Shown here piece by piece: positions 17,503 through 26,323 of a stretch of DNA of 34,273 nt. Each line of letters starts with the position of its first letter. Within the stretch, counting starts at the first letter, position 1. The stretch lies in the UHGV virus genome UHGV-0115609, one strand, 5' to 3'. Origin of the DNA: a virus. The notes beneath the pieces are model-generated. The model had not been told where the DNA came from and made no database searches. It saw only the letters and a program-made list of their open reading frames with translations. The position numbers and the translations under genes were made by a program.

Positions 17503-18066
17503 TTATGCGCATTTCGCAATATCTTTGCGGCGTTTAATCAGTTTCTCCGCAATTTGCTCTATTTCGTTGAAATCTTTCGAGACGCTGTTTCGAAGCGCCA
17601 GATTCCATTTACTCAAAGTTCGGGCATTTTGGACAATTTGATCGCCCTCTTTAAGTCGTCCGTTATTCATGAGCCATTCAGCCACATCAGCCCAATCCCA
17701 GAGAGGAGACTGGCCTTTTATGCGTTGTACAGGGCAAGGGAAGTCGCCGCTTCCGCGCTTACCGTCTTTGAGCAACGCCACTGCCTGGCGAGACAGGTCT
17801 GTCAGTTCCGCGATATCGCTTAAGCCCACAAGAGCCGAGTCGACGGATTCAACAATTGCACCGATACCGGCTGATTCAATATTGTCGACCGCAGATGCGA
17901 TAGCTGCATCAAGTGATTGTGCTTCGCGGTCAAATTCTACATAGACGGAGTTTCCATATGCGCAAATTAGCGCATCGTCACAGCCGTTTTGGTACAGCGC
18001 GTCTTCCAGTCCTTCCGTCTCATACGATACGCCTGAGAGCGTCAGAGTGAAGTTATAAAGCGCCAT
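17503..18066 (-). CDS. Hypothetical protein (187 aa), possible DNA-binding C-terminal region; candidate antitoxin-like partner of the upstream small gene
   Basis: ATG 18066 with RBS AAGGAA (the ORF-track start at 18102 is a TTG). No confident family match; the C-terminal segment SPLWDWADVAEWL resembles small DNA-binding modules. Confidence 0.5.
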   Translation of the reverse strand: MALYNFTLTLSGVSYETEGLEDALYQNGCDDALICAYGNSVYVEFDREAQSLDAAIASAVDNIESAGIGAIVESVDSALVGLSDIAELTDLSRQAVALLKDGKRGSGDFPCPVQRIKGQSPLWDWADVAEWLMNNGRLKEGDQIVQNARTLSKWNLALRNSVSKDFNEIEQIAEKLIKRRKDIAKCA

Positions 18067-18126
18067 AGTTTTCCTTTGAAGATAGTTGGACAGTTTCTGC
18101 AAAAGGCGGCTAATGCCGCCTTGAAA

Positions 18127-18351
18127 TCATTTACAACGATCAACCATTCGTTTGATCTGTTTGGCATGGTTTTCGGGATTACCCGGAGTCGACCATACGC
18201 TCATTTGGTGAGTTTTGTGTTCACCTTCTGGATTACCGCATCGCAGTCTGCAAAAACAATGTGCAGCACCACCAGCAGCTACCCAGATCCAGCCTTTACT
18301 TAATGCATAGTCAATGGCTGCTTGAATATGCTTATTCGGATGTTGCTTCAT
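18127..18351 (-). CDS. Small protein (74 aa), weak HicA-like pattern (possible toxin)
   Basis: ATG with GGAGG RBS. The segment KGWIWVAAGGAAHCF loosely fits the HicA G-x-x-x-x-x-x-x-GSHH region; the assignment is tentative. Confidence 0.4.
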   Translation of the reverse strand: MKQHPNKHIQAAIDYALSKGWIWVAAGGAAHCFCRLRCGNPEGEHKTHQMSVWSTPGNPENHAKQIKRMVDRCK

Positions 18352-18605
18352 TCGCCTCCGATAATAGTATTCTATTCACAGTGTTGACATCTGTCAACGG
18401 CGACTGAATTTCATCCGTTCATGCCACACCACCATCCATCTCATGTATGTGACCTAAAGATGGTCAGCACAGCTTACCAAAATAAGACAACTAATTATCT
18501 TCGGTGATCTCAATATCTTCCCCTGAACAAAGTTGACATGACGCCATAAACCCGTTCTCTGTTTGATATAATTGATACAGATTTTATAAGTAGGAACCTA
18601 TTAGA

Positions 18606-19037
18606 GTGAACACTGATATTTTTTCTAAAATCATGGCCGATCTGGAGTTCGACCGCGACAACCTTGAGGAAGTATGGCGTAAACAGCCACGGCTTTTAAT
18701 GGAGTATGGGTCAAAACTAGCGCAGGCAGATCGAGATGTCGCAGAGGCAAAACTTAACCTTGAAGCTGTTGAAGCAAAGCTATACGACACAGAGCGTAAG
18801 AACTTGAGTATGAACGGCATTAAGTTCAACGAGTCTGTACTGGACGCTAAGGTTAAAACAAACCCACAGTATCTGTCTAAACGGCAGAAGTTGGATGAAG
18901 CACGGCACATCGCAGACATATACAAACATGCTGTCGCCGCCTTTTCGCATCGCCGAGACATGATCGTTCAGGCGTCAAAGATGGCCATCGTTGAATTAGA
19001 GCGATTAGGCTCTGAACGCTTTATTACTCCCCGTTGA
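18606..19037 (+). CDS. Hypothetical protein (143 aa), possibly a UvsY-like recombination mediator
   Basis: GTG start with AGGAAC upstream. The gene sits directly before the gp32-like SSB, FEN and RecA genes; the role is suggested by position and size only. Confidence 0.45.
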   Translation: MNTDIFSKIMADLEFDRDNLEEVWRKQPRLLMEYGSKLAQADRDVAEAKLNLEAVEAKLYDTERKNLSMNGIKFNESVLDAKVKTNPQYLSKRQKLDEARHIADIYKHAVAAFSHRRDMIVQASKMAIVELERLGSERFITPR

Positions 19038-19154
19038 TTTTTGATAGATAATAAGTAAGTACTGATCTATCATTTAACAGCTCGAAAGAGCCACGAATGA
19101 ACGAAAGCCCAACGCGCATAGCGCCATCGGCCAAATCACAACAAGGAGAAACAC

Positions 19155-20183
19155 ATGTCTAAGACATTACTTGATTTGCTTAACAAAACTCGTGAAGACA
19201 TTGCCGCCAAACGTGGCAACAACGTTGATCTGACTCGCTTAAAAGACGGCGTCAACTATATCCGCATCTTCCCGAATAAAGACGACCCAAACGGTAAGTT
19301 CTTCCAGACTTTCGGTATGCACTACGTTAAGTATCAGAACGAGGAAGGTAAAGAAGCAACCAACGCTTATATTTGTGAGCAACATACTCACGGTCGCGCT
19401 TGTCAGCTATGCGAAATGGTGATGGAAGGTCGCGCTCGTCACAAGGGTAACAAAGCAATGGAAGAACGCATCGGTCAAATGCGTGCCACTCCTCGCTACC
19501 TGGTCAACGGCATTCTTTCTGCTCGTGAGGATTTCGCAGATGCTGAGAAATGCCAGTTAATCGAGCTGCCGTCTACTGTATTCGATGATATCTGCAAAGC
19601 AATCACCGAAGACATCGCTGATGATATCGGCAATCCACTGAGCAAAGAGGAAGGCTACGCATTCCTGATTAAACGTACTGGCTCTGGTCGCGATACCAAA
19701 TATGACGTCTCGCCTAAGCGTAAAGTCTACAAAGGCGATATCGAAGATAAATTCTGGAACACCCAGCATGATCTGATCGCATACGCAAATCAGGCTGATG
19801 AAACTCGTCTTCTGTCGACAGTTCGCACTATGGGTCGTCTGATTGGCATCGCTGCACCAACTGCCGCAGCATCTGCACCAGCAATTTCCTCAACCGCGAA
19901 AACATCGGCTGCGGCACTACCTGGATTTGGCTCTGTCACTGGTCATACAGAAGGAGCGACGGCTGTAGCAACCGCGCACACACCGGCTTCTGAACCAACC
20001 AGTCTGGTTGATGAAGAAATCCTCCGTGCCGTTGAAACTGAATTTAAACCAGAGGCAAGTTCCGCTGCCGTTGCCGTATCAGTCAAAGAGTCTGAAGCAG
20101 TCGCAGCGACATCTGTAGCAACCGCATCTGCGACGGAAGATGAAGGTCTGGATGACCTACTGAGAGAGCTGGACTCTCTGTAA
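19155..20183 (+). CDS. Single-stranded DNA-binding protein, T4 gp32-like
   Basis: NGVNYIRIFPNKDDPNGKFF resembles the gp32 N-terminal core; zinc-binding-like CEQHTHGRACQLC; Ala/Ser-rich linker and acidic C-terminal tail (EDEGLDDLLRELDSL) as in gp32. Confidence 0.65.
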   Translation: MSKTLLDLLNKTREDIAAKRGNNVDLTRLKDGVNYIRIFPNKDDPNGKFFQTFGMHYVKYQNEEGKEATNAYICEQHTHGRACQLCEMVMEGRARHKGNKAMEERIGQMRATPRYLVNGILSAREDFADAEKCQLIELPSTVFDDICKAITEDIADDIGNPLSKEEGYAFLIKRTGSGRDTKYDVSPKRKVYKGDIEDKFWNTQHDLIAYANQADETRLLSTVRTMGRLIGIAAPTAAASAPAISSTAKTSAAALPGFGSVTGHTEGATAVATAHTPASEPTSLVDEEILRAVETEFKPEASSAAVAVSVKESEAVAATSVATASATEDEGLDDLLRELDSL

Positions 20184-20200
20184 TCCCATTACGTGACCAG

Positions 20201-20230
20201 TAAGGCGTCTACGGACGCCTTACTTTTTGG
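20201..20230 (+). terminator. Rho-independent terminator after the SSB gene
   Basis: AAGGCGTC-TACG-GACGCCTT followed by ACTTTTTGG. Confidence 0.75.
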
Positions 20231-20243
20231 AAGGAATGTACCG

Positions 20244-21188
20244 GTGAATTATCTCTTCGTAGATGGCAATAGCCTGGGTTATTACCACCAACAATCTGAC
20301 AAATTGCACAACGGCGAAATGGAAGTACAGGCTGCTTTCGGCTTTGTTAAGAACGTCCGTCGTTATGCCTCCATCCTCCATGCCCGACCTATGATTCTTT
20401 GGGATGGATTTAGTGACAAGCGTCGCGACTTTTACCCGGACTACAAAGCAAATCGCGACGACGATCCTGATATGAAAAAGATGAAGGAAGGCTTTGCTAT
20501 CCAGAAGCCATACATCCTCAAAATGATGACCGCGCTTGGAGTTACCCAACTCATTGCAAAAGATGCAGAAGCGGATGATCTGGCCGGGCTGCTGGTATCC
20601 CGCATGGCACCGCAGCCAACCGTTGAACACATCTATCTGTTAACAGGCGATAGCGACTGGCTTCAGTTAGTTCGTGAAAACGTAAGCTGGGTAAGCCTGC
20701 GTGAAGACGCCAAAAACAAGCAGGTTAATTTTGAGCAATTTGCGGAGCTGACAGGATTCGCCACGCCTCGCGCATTTTTGGAAGCAAAAGCATTACAAGG
20801 CGATAAATCGGACAACATTAGCGGTGTTGGTGGCATTGGTGCTGGCGGTGCGAAAGAGCTGCTGCATGAATGGGGAAGTGTCGCAACGATGGTACGCGGC
20901 ATCAACGACGGCTCAATCGTGGTTGACAAAGGACGCCATAAGACCGCCTTCAACAAACTAGCGAAGAATGCCTTCAACGAGAAAACAGGCTGTCGAATGC
21001 TCGAAGCGTTCAAGAGAAACATCACGCTAATGAACCTGATTGAGACGAAGTTTCCGCCTACCGAAATCGAAACAATCAAAAGCAATCGTGACGTGAAAGC
21101 ATTCGAGCAACTGTGCTACGAGCTGAATTTCCGTTCGTTCCTTGAAGACCTTGAAGTGTTTGTTCTTCCATTCGAAAGGTATTGCTAA
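20244..21188 (+). CDS. 5'-3' exonuclease / flap endonuclease (RNase H-like, FEN family)
   Basis: N-terminal YLFVDGNSLGYY, acidic clusters ILWDGFSD and AKDAEADDLAG, and the H3TH-like region GDKSDNISGVGGIG. Start set to GTG 20244 (RBS GGAAGGA) because the longer ORF would read through the terminator hairpin. Confidence 0.85.
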   Translation: MNYLFVDGNSLGYYHQQSDKLHNGEMEVQAAFGFVKNVRRYASILHARPMILWDGFSDKRRDFYPDYKANRDDDPDMKKMKEGFAIQKPYILKMMTALGVTQLIAKDAEADDLAGLLVSRMAPQPTVEHIYLLTGDSDWLQLVRENVSWVSLREDAKNKQVNFEQFAELTGFATPRAFLEAKALQGDKSDNISGVGGIGAGGAKELLHEWGSVATMVRGINDGSIVVDKGRHKTAFNKLAKNAFNEKTGCRMLEAFKRNITLMNLIETKFPPTEIETIKSNRDVKAFEQLCYELNFRSFLEDLEVFVLPFERYC

Positions 21189-21454
21189 TGCTTAAATCGA
21201 TTATTAATGGCGCTACAACCACCCCCACCCAACTGGCAAAAGAGATTGTCTTTTATCGCGGTGAGTACGCTGTCATCGCACTGCCGTCAATTCTAGGCGC
21301 TGCCGGAATGAAAGCGACAGATCGCGAGTTTGGATTAGTCAGCGAGCAGGTCGTAAAAATCCTCGCTCGTGTATCCAGACTCCTTAATCACGATGCGATT
21401 GTATTCGACGAATCCGCCGCTTTAAAACGAATCAACGAAACAAAAGGAGCCTGA
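21182..21454 (+). CDS. Hypothetical protein (90 aa)
   Basis: ORF overlapping the FEN stop and ending 2 nt before the recA start. Confidence 0.5.
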   Translation: MLMLKSIINGATTTPTQLAKEIVFYRGEYAVIALPSILGAAGMKATDREFGLVSEQVVKILARVSRLLNHDAIVFDESAALKRINETKGA

Positions 21455-21456
21455 TC

Positions 21457-23796
21457 ATGGCAAAAGGAAAATCCGCACTGGCACTTGCTCTGAAAAAGAA
21501 AATCGGTAGCAACGACGAAATTCAGAAAGTAACTCATTGGATTGACACAGGCTTTCCTCCGTTAAACAAAGCTATTTCCGGTCGTTACGATGGCGGTTTC
21601 CCATGTGGTCGTATCGTAGAAGTATTCGGGCCACCAAGCGCGGGGAAATGTGTTACCGCAGACACCATGCTGCTGACGGAGCGTGGAATGGTAACAGTGA
21701 AAGAACTGTTTGAGATTGAGGGGCACAAAGCAACATGCACTACTCGCGATGTAGAGCATAACGTTGGACTCATCAATGAAAATGGCGTGATAGAGAAGAC
21801 CTCACACCTGACATGGAACAACCGTCGCAAATTCAAGCGTATTAAGCTGGCATCAGGCGGTTATATCGAGGCTACGTTCCGTCACCCAATCCGTGTGGTT
21901 GACGACTTAGGTAATGTCGTCTGGCGACATGCTGAAAAAATCAGTGTAGGCGACACGATTCCTTCAATGGTTGGCACACATCAATTCGGCGATCAGCACC
22001 TGGATGCCAATATCGCAAAACTGATGGGCTATTTAATTGCTGACGGATACGTGGCCTCTGAAAATTCAGTGAATTTTTCTAACACAGATCCTTTCATCAA
22101 GGATGAGTACTACCGCCTCATTTCGCTGGTATCAGACAAGATGCCAGTTACGAGAAAACATAACGGCTCGGAAGACCATGTGCTGTTTAGCAAAGAGGTG
22201 CGTTCGCTGCTTTTTAAAGAGTATGGTCTGGAGTATGAGAAAGCTGCTGGCAAGCAGGTTCCGTTGAGTGTGCGTCGCGCCAATAGCGAGGCTCAAATTG
22301 CATTCCTTCGCGGCTACTTTGAGCTGGAATGCCACGTCAATGATGGTCGCTGCATTGAGGTTGTGAGCGCGAGTGGGCTGCTGCTACAGCAAATTCGCCT
22401 CATGCTCCTGAATCTGGGGATTACGTCAACTATCTCTGAAAAACACGTCGCGGGTTATGAAAATACATATTACCGGCTGTCATTCAGTGGCTCTAATTAC
22501 GACCTTTTTCTGTCAACGATTGGTTTCGAATCTCCGGCACGTTTATCAGTGGCAACCAAACGGGACATTGGTTTTGACCGCACTTACTCAGGCTATGTTC
22601 CGCACATCAGCGGCTTAGTGAAATCACTCTACGAGTCGCTCACCAAGACCACCCGTGAAGACTACGCTCTGGTAGACCACGTTATTGGCCGCGGCGATCG
22701 TGTCGGAATAGACAAACTGCGAGAAATCTATGTCTCCTTCATTGGCAGAAAGAATCGTTTTAACGAGCATCTGTTTGCACAACTGGCAGCGGTAATTGGC
22801 TCTAACTTGTTCTACGACGAAGTCGTGGCTATTGAGGAAGGTGAAGCACCAACGTTCGACGTAGCGATGCCGGAAACACACTCTTTCTGGTCTAACGGGA
22901 TTATCAGCCACAACACATTCCTTGCAACAGCAGCGATGATCTCCGCTCAAAAACAAGATGGTCTGGCGGTATTCCTCGATCATGAAAACAGTTTTGACGT
23001 TGGCCTGGCTGTAGCCAATGGCCTGAACGCAGATGAGGATGACGGTCAGTGGGTATACAAGCAGCCAGATACCTTCGAAGACTCTGTAGAGTTGATCGGC
23101 ACAATACTTAAATTGGTTCGTGATGAAGAGCTTATCCCCGAATCAGCACCTATCTGTATCGTGGCTGACTCTCTTGCGTCTATGGTTCCGAACTCCAAAG
23201 CCGAGAAGTTCGAAAAGATGGCTGAAGGCACTGCCAAAGACAAAGATCAGCTAAACATGAACGACAATACGGCACTGGCTCGTGCGACGAGTGCGAACTT
23301 CCCTACTCTGGCTTTGTGGGCACGCAAATACAACGCCTGCATCATCTTCTTGAATCAGGTTCGCACAAAAATCGGTGTAATGTTTGGCGACCCTACTACG
23401 TCGCCAGGTGGAGATTCACCGAAGTTTTACGCTTCTGTGCGCATCCGTCTCGGTGCATCGGTGATGAAGGATGGGAAAGAGAAGATCGGCCAGGACGTAG
23501 GCGCAGAATGCATCAAAAACAAAGTTGCACCACCGTATGGCAAATGCACCTGGAAATTCTACTTCGATCCTACTCGTGGCCTCGACGTTATCGAGTCGCT
23601 CGTCGAGTACATGCTGGAAGAAGGATACCTGCCAAAGAACGCCAGCGGGCGAGTTGAAATTGGTGACAAGAAATACACCAAATCGCAGATCGTCGACATG
23701 TATCGGGAGAAGCCATTAGCAGAAATCATTGCTGCGTTACAGGCGATAGATGACCGACGAGAGAAGACATCACCAACAGAAGAACTAGAAGATTAA
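21457..23796 (+). CDS. recA: RecA-family recombinase precursor containing an intein
   Basis: N-extein ...PCGRIVEVFGPPSAGK and C-extein TFLATAAM...AVFLDHENSFD...QPDTFEDS...IFLNQVRTKIGVMFGDPTTSPGGDSPKFYASVRIRL are near-colinear with bacterial RecA. The P-loop GPPSAGK/T is split by a 422-aa insertion. Confidence 0.9.
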   Translation: MAKGKSALALALKKKIGSNDEIQKVTHWIDTGFPPLNKAISGRYDGGFPCGRIVEVFGPPSAGKCVTADTMLLTERGMVTVKELFEIEGHKATCTTRDVEHNVGLINENGVIEKTSHLTWNNRRKFKRIKLASGGYIEATFRHPIRVVDDLGNVVWRHAEKISVGDTIPSMVGTHQFGDQHLDANIAKLMGYLIADGYVASENSVNFSNTDPFIKDEYYRLISLVSDKMPVTRKHNGSEDHVLFSKEVRSLLFKEYGLEYEKAAGKQVPLSVRRANSEAQIAFLRGYFELECHVNDGRCIEVVSASGLLLQQIRLMLLNLGITSTISEKHVAGYENTYYRLSFSGSNYDLFLSTIGFESPARLSVATKRDIGFDRTYSGYVPHISGLVKSLYESLTKTTREDYALVDHVIGRGDRVGIDKLREIYVSFIGRKNRFNEHLFAQLAAVIGSNLFYDEVVAIEEGEAPTFDVAMPETHSFWSNGIISHNTFLATAAMISAQKQDGLAVFLDHENSFDVGLAVANGLNADEDDGQWVYKQPDTFEDSVELIGTILKLVRDEELIPESAPICIVADSLASMVPNSKAEKFEKMAEGTAKDKDQLNMNDNTALARATSANFPTLALWARKYNACIIFLNQVRTKIGVMFGDPTTSPGGDSPKFYASVRIRLGASVMKDGKEKIGQDVGAECIKNKVAPPYGKCTWKFYFDPTRGLDVIESLVEYMLEEGYLPKNASGRVEIGDKKYTKSQIVDMYREKPLAEIIAALQAIDDRREKTSPTEELED
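21649..22914 (+). mobile_element. Intein (class 1) with LAGLIDADG homing-endonuclease domain, inserted in the RecA Walker A motif
   Basis: Begins with Cys (CVTADTMLL, block A), has a TxxH block B (ATFRHP) and ends ...HSFWSNGIISHN followed by Thr (+1). Internal LAGLIDADG motifs KLMGYLIADGYV and FLRGYFELECHV. Removing it restores GPPSAGKT. Confidence 0.85.
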
Positions 23797-23799
23797 TTA

Positions 23800-23827
23800 T
23801 CAGGCGTCCAAACGGACGCCTTTATTG
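23800..23827 (+). terminator. Rho-independent terminator after recA
   Basis: AGGCGTCC-AAAC-GGACGCCT followed by TTATTG; the same stem sequence recurs at 20201 and 24939. Confidence 0.75.
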
Positions 23828-23889
23828 TATGTTGAAAATGTATAAGCACTTACTTATCATTAGCACACAATAACCACATAGGAAAACAC

Positions 23890-24078
23890 ATGATCAAACT
23901 CTATCTTATGGCAGTAGTTACAGGTCTATCTGTAGTTTTCATCTACTGTTTGCTGGTTCCGTCGCTGATCTCTGCTAAAAGCGACATTGCCGTAATGCTT
24001 GGAATCATCGTTGCTTTTGGTGCTCCTGTGATCGGGTTTATTGCAGGTCGTAAGTTTCTAAAGTCACTCATCAATTAG
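23890..24078 (+). CDS. Small membrane protein (62 aa), possible NfeD-like partner of the downstream SPFH protein
   Basis: Two hydrophobic helices (LMAVVTGLSVVFIYCLLV, VMLGIIVAFGAPVIGFIAG); located 15 nt upstream of the SPFH gene. Confidence 0.5.
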   Translation: MIKLYLMAVVTGLSVVFIYCLLVPSLISAKSDIAVMLGIIVAFGAPVIGFIAGRKFLKSLIN

Positions 24079-24093
24079 AAGGAGAAGTAAGTA

Positions 24094-24924
24094 ATGAAGA
24101 AAGGTTTACTTGCAGTTGCTCTGGCGGCTATTTGCACAATGGGTCTTACTGGCTGCGATCGCGTGGAGCCTGGATACGTTGGCATCAAAGTAAACAAATT
24201 AGGTGAAGACAAAGGGATTGGTGAAGTGGTTGGCGTTGGTCGCCAATGGACAGGTCTTAACACCGAACTTTACGTATTCCCGACCTTCAAACAAATGAAG
24301 ACCTACGACGAGCCGTTCACATTCCAGATGAGTGACGGTACTGCTATTGGTCACAAAATTGGCGTTGCGTATCTGGTTAATCGTGACAAGGTAACGACGG
24401 TGTTCCAGACCTATCGCAAAGGCGTAGACGATATCACCGAATCAGATCTGCGTCAGAAAATTGCCGACTCTCTAAACCGTTTGGCCAGCCGTATGACCAC
24501 TGACTCATTTATCGACGGTGGTAAGGCACAATTGCTGGACAACGCACTGAAAGATATTCAGAAAGAGATGTCTCCGGTTGGTATTGAGGTACTGAGCCTG
24601 TCATGGGTTGGAAAGCCTGATTACCCAAAAACTGTCATTGAATCTATTAACGCCAAAGTAACGGCTAACCAGCGTACTCTGCAACGTCAGCAGGAAGTCG
24701 AACAGCGTAAAGCTGAGGCGAATATGCTACGTGAACAGGCTAATGGTGAAGCTGATGCTATCCGTGCTCGTGCGCAAGCAGAAGCAGACGCCATTCGTCT
24801 GCGCGGTGAAGCTCTGCGTCAAAACCCGAACGTTATGGAACTGGAAGCCATCAATAAATGGAATGGCCAGTTACCGCAGTACATGACTCAAGGGGCTAAC
24901 ACTCCTTTCATTACAGTGAAATAA
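24094..24924 (+). CDS. SPFH/band-7 (stomatin/prohibitin-like) domain lipoprotein
   Basis: Lipoprotein signal with lipobox LTGC; C-terminal Ala/Glu-rich helical region REQANGEADAIRARAQAEADAIRLRGEALRQNPNVMELEAINKW typical of SPFH proteins. Confidence 0.65.
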   Translation: MKKGLLAVALAAICTMGLTGCDRVEPGYVGIKVNKLGEDKGIGEVVGVGRQWTGLNTELYVFPTFKQMKTYDEPFTFQMSDGTAIGHKIGVAYLVNRDKVTTVFQTYRKGVDDITESDLRQKIADSLNRLASRMTTDSFIDGGKAQLLDNALKDIQKEMSPVGIEVLSLSWVGKPDYPKTVIESINAKVTANQRTLQRQQEVEQRKAEANMLREQANGEADAIRARAQAEADAIRLRGEALRQNPNVMELEAINKWNGQLPQYMTQGANTPFITVK

Positions 24925-24938
24925 CTCCCCTAAAAAGT

Positions 24939-24967
24939 TCAGGCGTCCAGTTGGACGCCTTTTTTAT
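24939..24967 (+). terminator. Rho-independent terminator
   Basis: AGGCGTCC-AGTT-GGACGCCT followed by TTTTTTATC. Confidence 0.8.
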
Positions 24968-25015
24968 CGCAATTATCTTATTAAGAAAACAATTTGTTTA
25001 AAAGGATAAGAAAAC

Positions 25016-25441
25016 ATGACAGCTATTAAGAAACTCTACGATGCCGCAAACGTGGCTCTGGATGTTATTGATGATGAAGTAGCAAAAGGCTTTCCTGAAC
25101 CTGATTGGGCGCATCAGCTACGAAACGCTATCGCAGAAATGACCCCACCAGATCCAACCCCCGACGAGACAGACTGGCAGCGATTCATCCGTATGTACGC
25201 TCAGGAAATAGGTCCAACGCCAACGGCAGAGCAGGCAATGCTGCTGAAATACTTCAAAGAGGCGGGAGAGGATTTACCAATTGATGACTCAGCATATTGG
25301 TTCCACTGCGCATGGCGTAAGTATGACGTGATATTCACACAAGGCATGGGAAGCAAAGATATGGTTGTGTGGCATCTACTCCATATAGACACAGCCGTTG
25401 ACAGAGTTATTGAACAGTTTTTCCCTAACCAAGAAGATTGA
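25016..25441 (+). CDS. Hypothetical protein (141 aa)
   Basis: ORF with the recurring AAAACATG-type start context; no motif recognised. Confidence 0.55.
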   Translation: MTAIKKLYDAANVALDVIDDEVAKGFPEPDWAHQLRNAIAEMTPPDPTPDETDWQRFIRMYAQEIGPTPTAEQAMLLKYFKEAGEDLPIDDSAYWFHCAWRKYDVIFTQGMGSKDMVVWHLLHIDTAVDRVIEQFFPNQED

Positions 25442-25496
25442 TCGCCTATTCATAACTAACAAAATAAGTAAACACTAACCACAAAAGGAAAAACAC

Positions 25497-25772
25497 ATGA
25501 GAGTTTTAGTTCGAATCGTTACCAGCACTGTCTATGACGTGTTTCCGCTTTTTATGGTCAAAGCCGATGGCCTTAACGACGAAGAAACTGACGCGCTGAT
25601 CCAGCGTATTCTCGTTGGATATACAGGTTATGACGCTGATTCAGTGATGGTTGATGATGATGGTGTTTGTTGGCATAACGGCAACTGTTGGTACGTAGAA
25701 GAGACTCAACAAATCAGTGATGAAGATGCCGCACATCTTGAGCGTATTTTAAGCATCAGCACTTTTGAGTGA
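25497..25772 (+). CDS. Hypothetical protein (91 aa)
   Basis: ORF preceded by the conserved ACCACAAAAGGAAAAACAC initiation context. Confidence 0.55.
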   Translation: MRVLVRIVTSTVYDVFPLFMVKADGLNDEETDALIQRILVGYTGYDADSVMVDDDGVCWHNGNCWYVEETQQISDEDAAHLERILSISTFE

Positions 25773-25811
25773 GTTTACAGTAAAATTTATATAAGTTAGT
25801 ATCTACCTATC

Positions 25812-25991
25812 ATGAAGATTTTTATTGAATACTTGTTACTCATCGTTTCAATAGCTTTTGTCATCGACTGCATTTTCACCGGTGTCATTCGTAAAGTCTT
25901 TTCCCCGGTGAACGACGTAGTCATAAACGCTTTGGCTATCGTGCTCGTATTTAATTCAGCATTTGATGTAATCAAAGAGGTGGCAGCATGA
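25812..25991 (+). CDS. Small membrane protein (59 aa; below the ORF-track cutoff)
   Basis: Hand translation MKIFIEYLLLIVSIAFVIDCIFTGVIRKVFSPVNDVVINALAIVLVFNSAFDVIKEVAA; its stop overlaps the next start (ATGA). Confidence 0.4.
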   Translation: MKIFIEYLLLIVSIAFVIDCIFTGVIRKVFSPVNDVVINALAIVLVFNSAFDVIKEVAA

Positions 25992-26323
25992 AGGCCATCC
26001 CATTCGCTCTGTTGTTCCTTTCCTCGATCGTTGTGGCCGACACCACTGTTTATCAGTGTGAAATGTCTGTAGCCGACGTTAAGAATGGCGCTCTTACCGA
26101 CGTCATAAAAGCACCATATGGAGCGATGGTCGTAGACAGCGGCGACCAGTTCTATGTTGTGCGTGACGATCGAGTGTTGTCATCCCCATATCTCACAAAT
26201 CGTAATGGCAAATTAACCGGCGTCGGAGAAGACCACTTCGTATACAACAAATACAAGGGCTTCTATGGCGTTCACGCTTCTCAGCAAAGCTACCTTTTCG
26301 ATGACTGCAAGGAGGTTGGATAA
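25988..26323 (+). CDS. Secreted hypothetical protein with N-terminal signal peptide (111 aa)
   Basis: Signal-like MKAIPFALLFLSSIVVADT; RBS AGAGGTGG upstream. Confidence 0.55.
   Translation: MKAIPFALLFLSSIVVADTTVYQCEMSVADVKNGALTDVIKAPYGAMVVDSGDQFYVVRDDRVLSSPYLTNRNGKLTGVGEDHFVYNKYKGFYGVHASQQSYLFDDCKEVG

Noticed and set aside
18067-18102. TTG-initiated extension of the 17503..18102 ORF
   Set aside because: The first codon at 18100-18102 is TTG without an RBS and overlaps the inter-gene hairpin; ATG 18066 with AAGGAA is preferred.
20193-20243. GTG 20193 as the flap endonuclease start
   Set aside because: That reading would translate through the terminator hairpin at 20201-20230; GTG 20244 follows a GGAAGGA RBS and begins directly at the conserved N-terminal motif.
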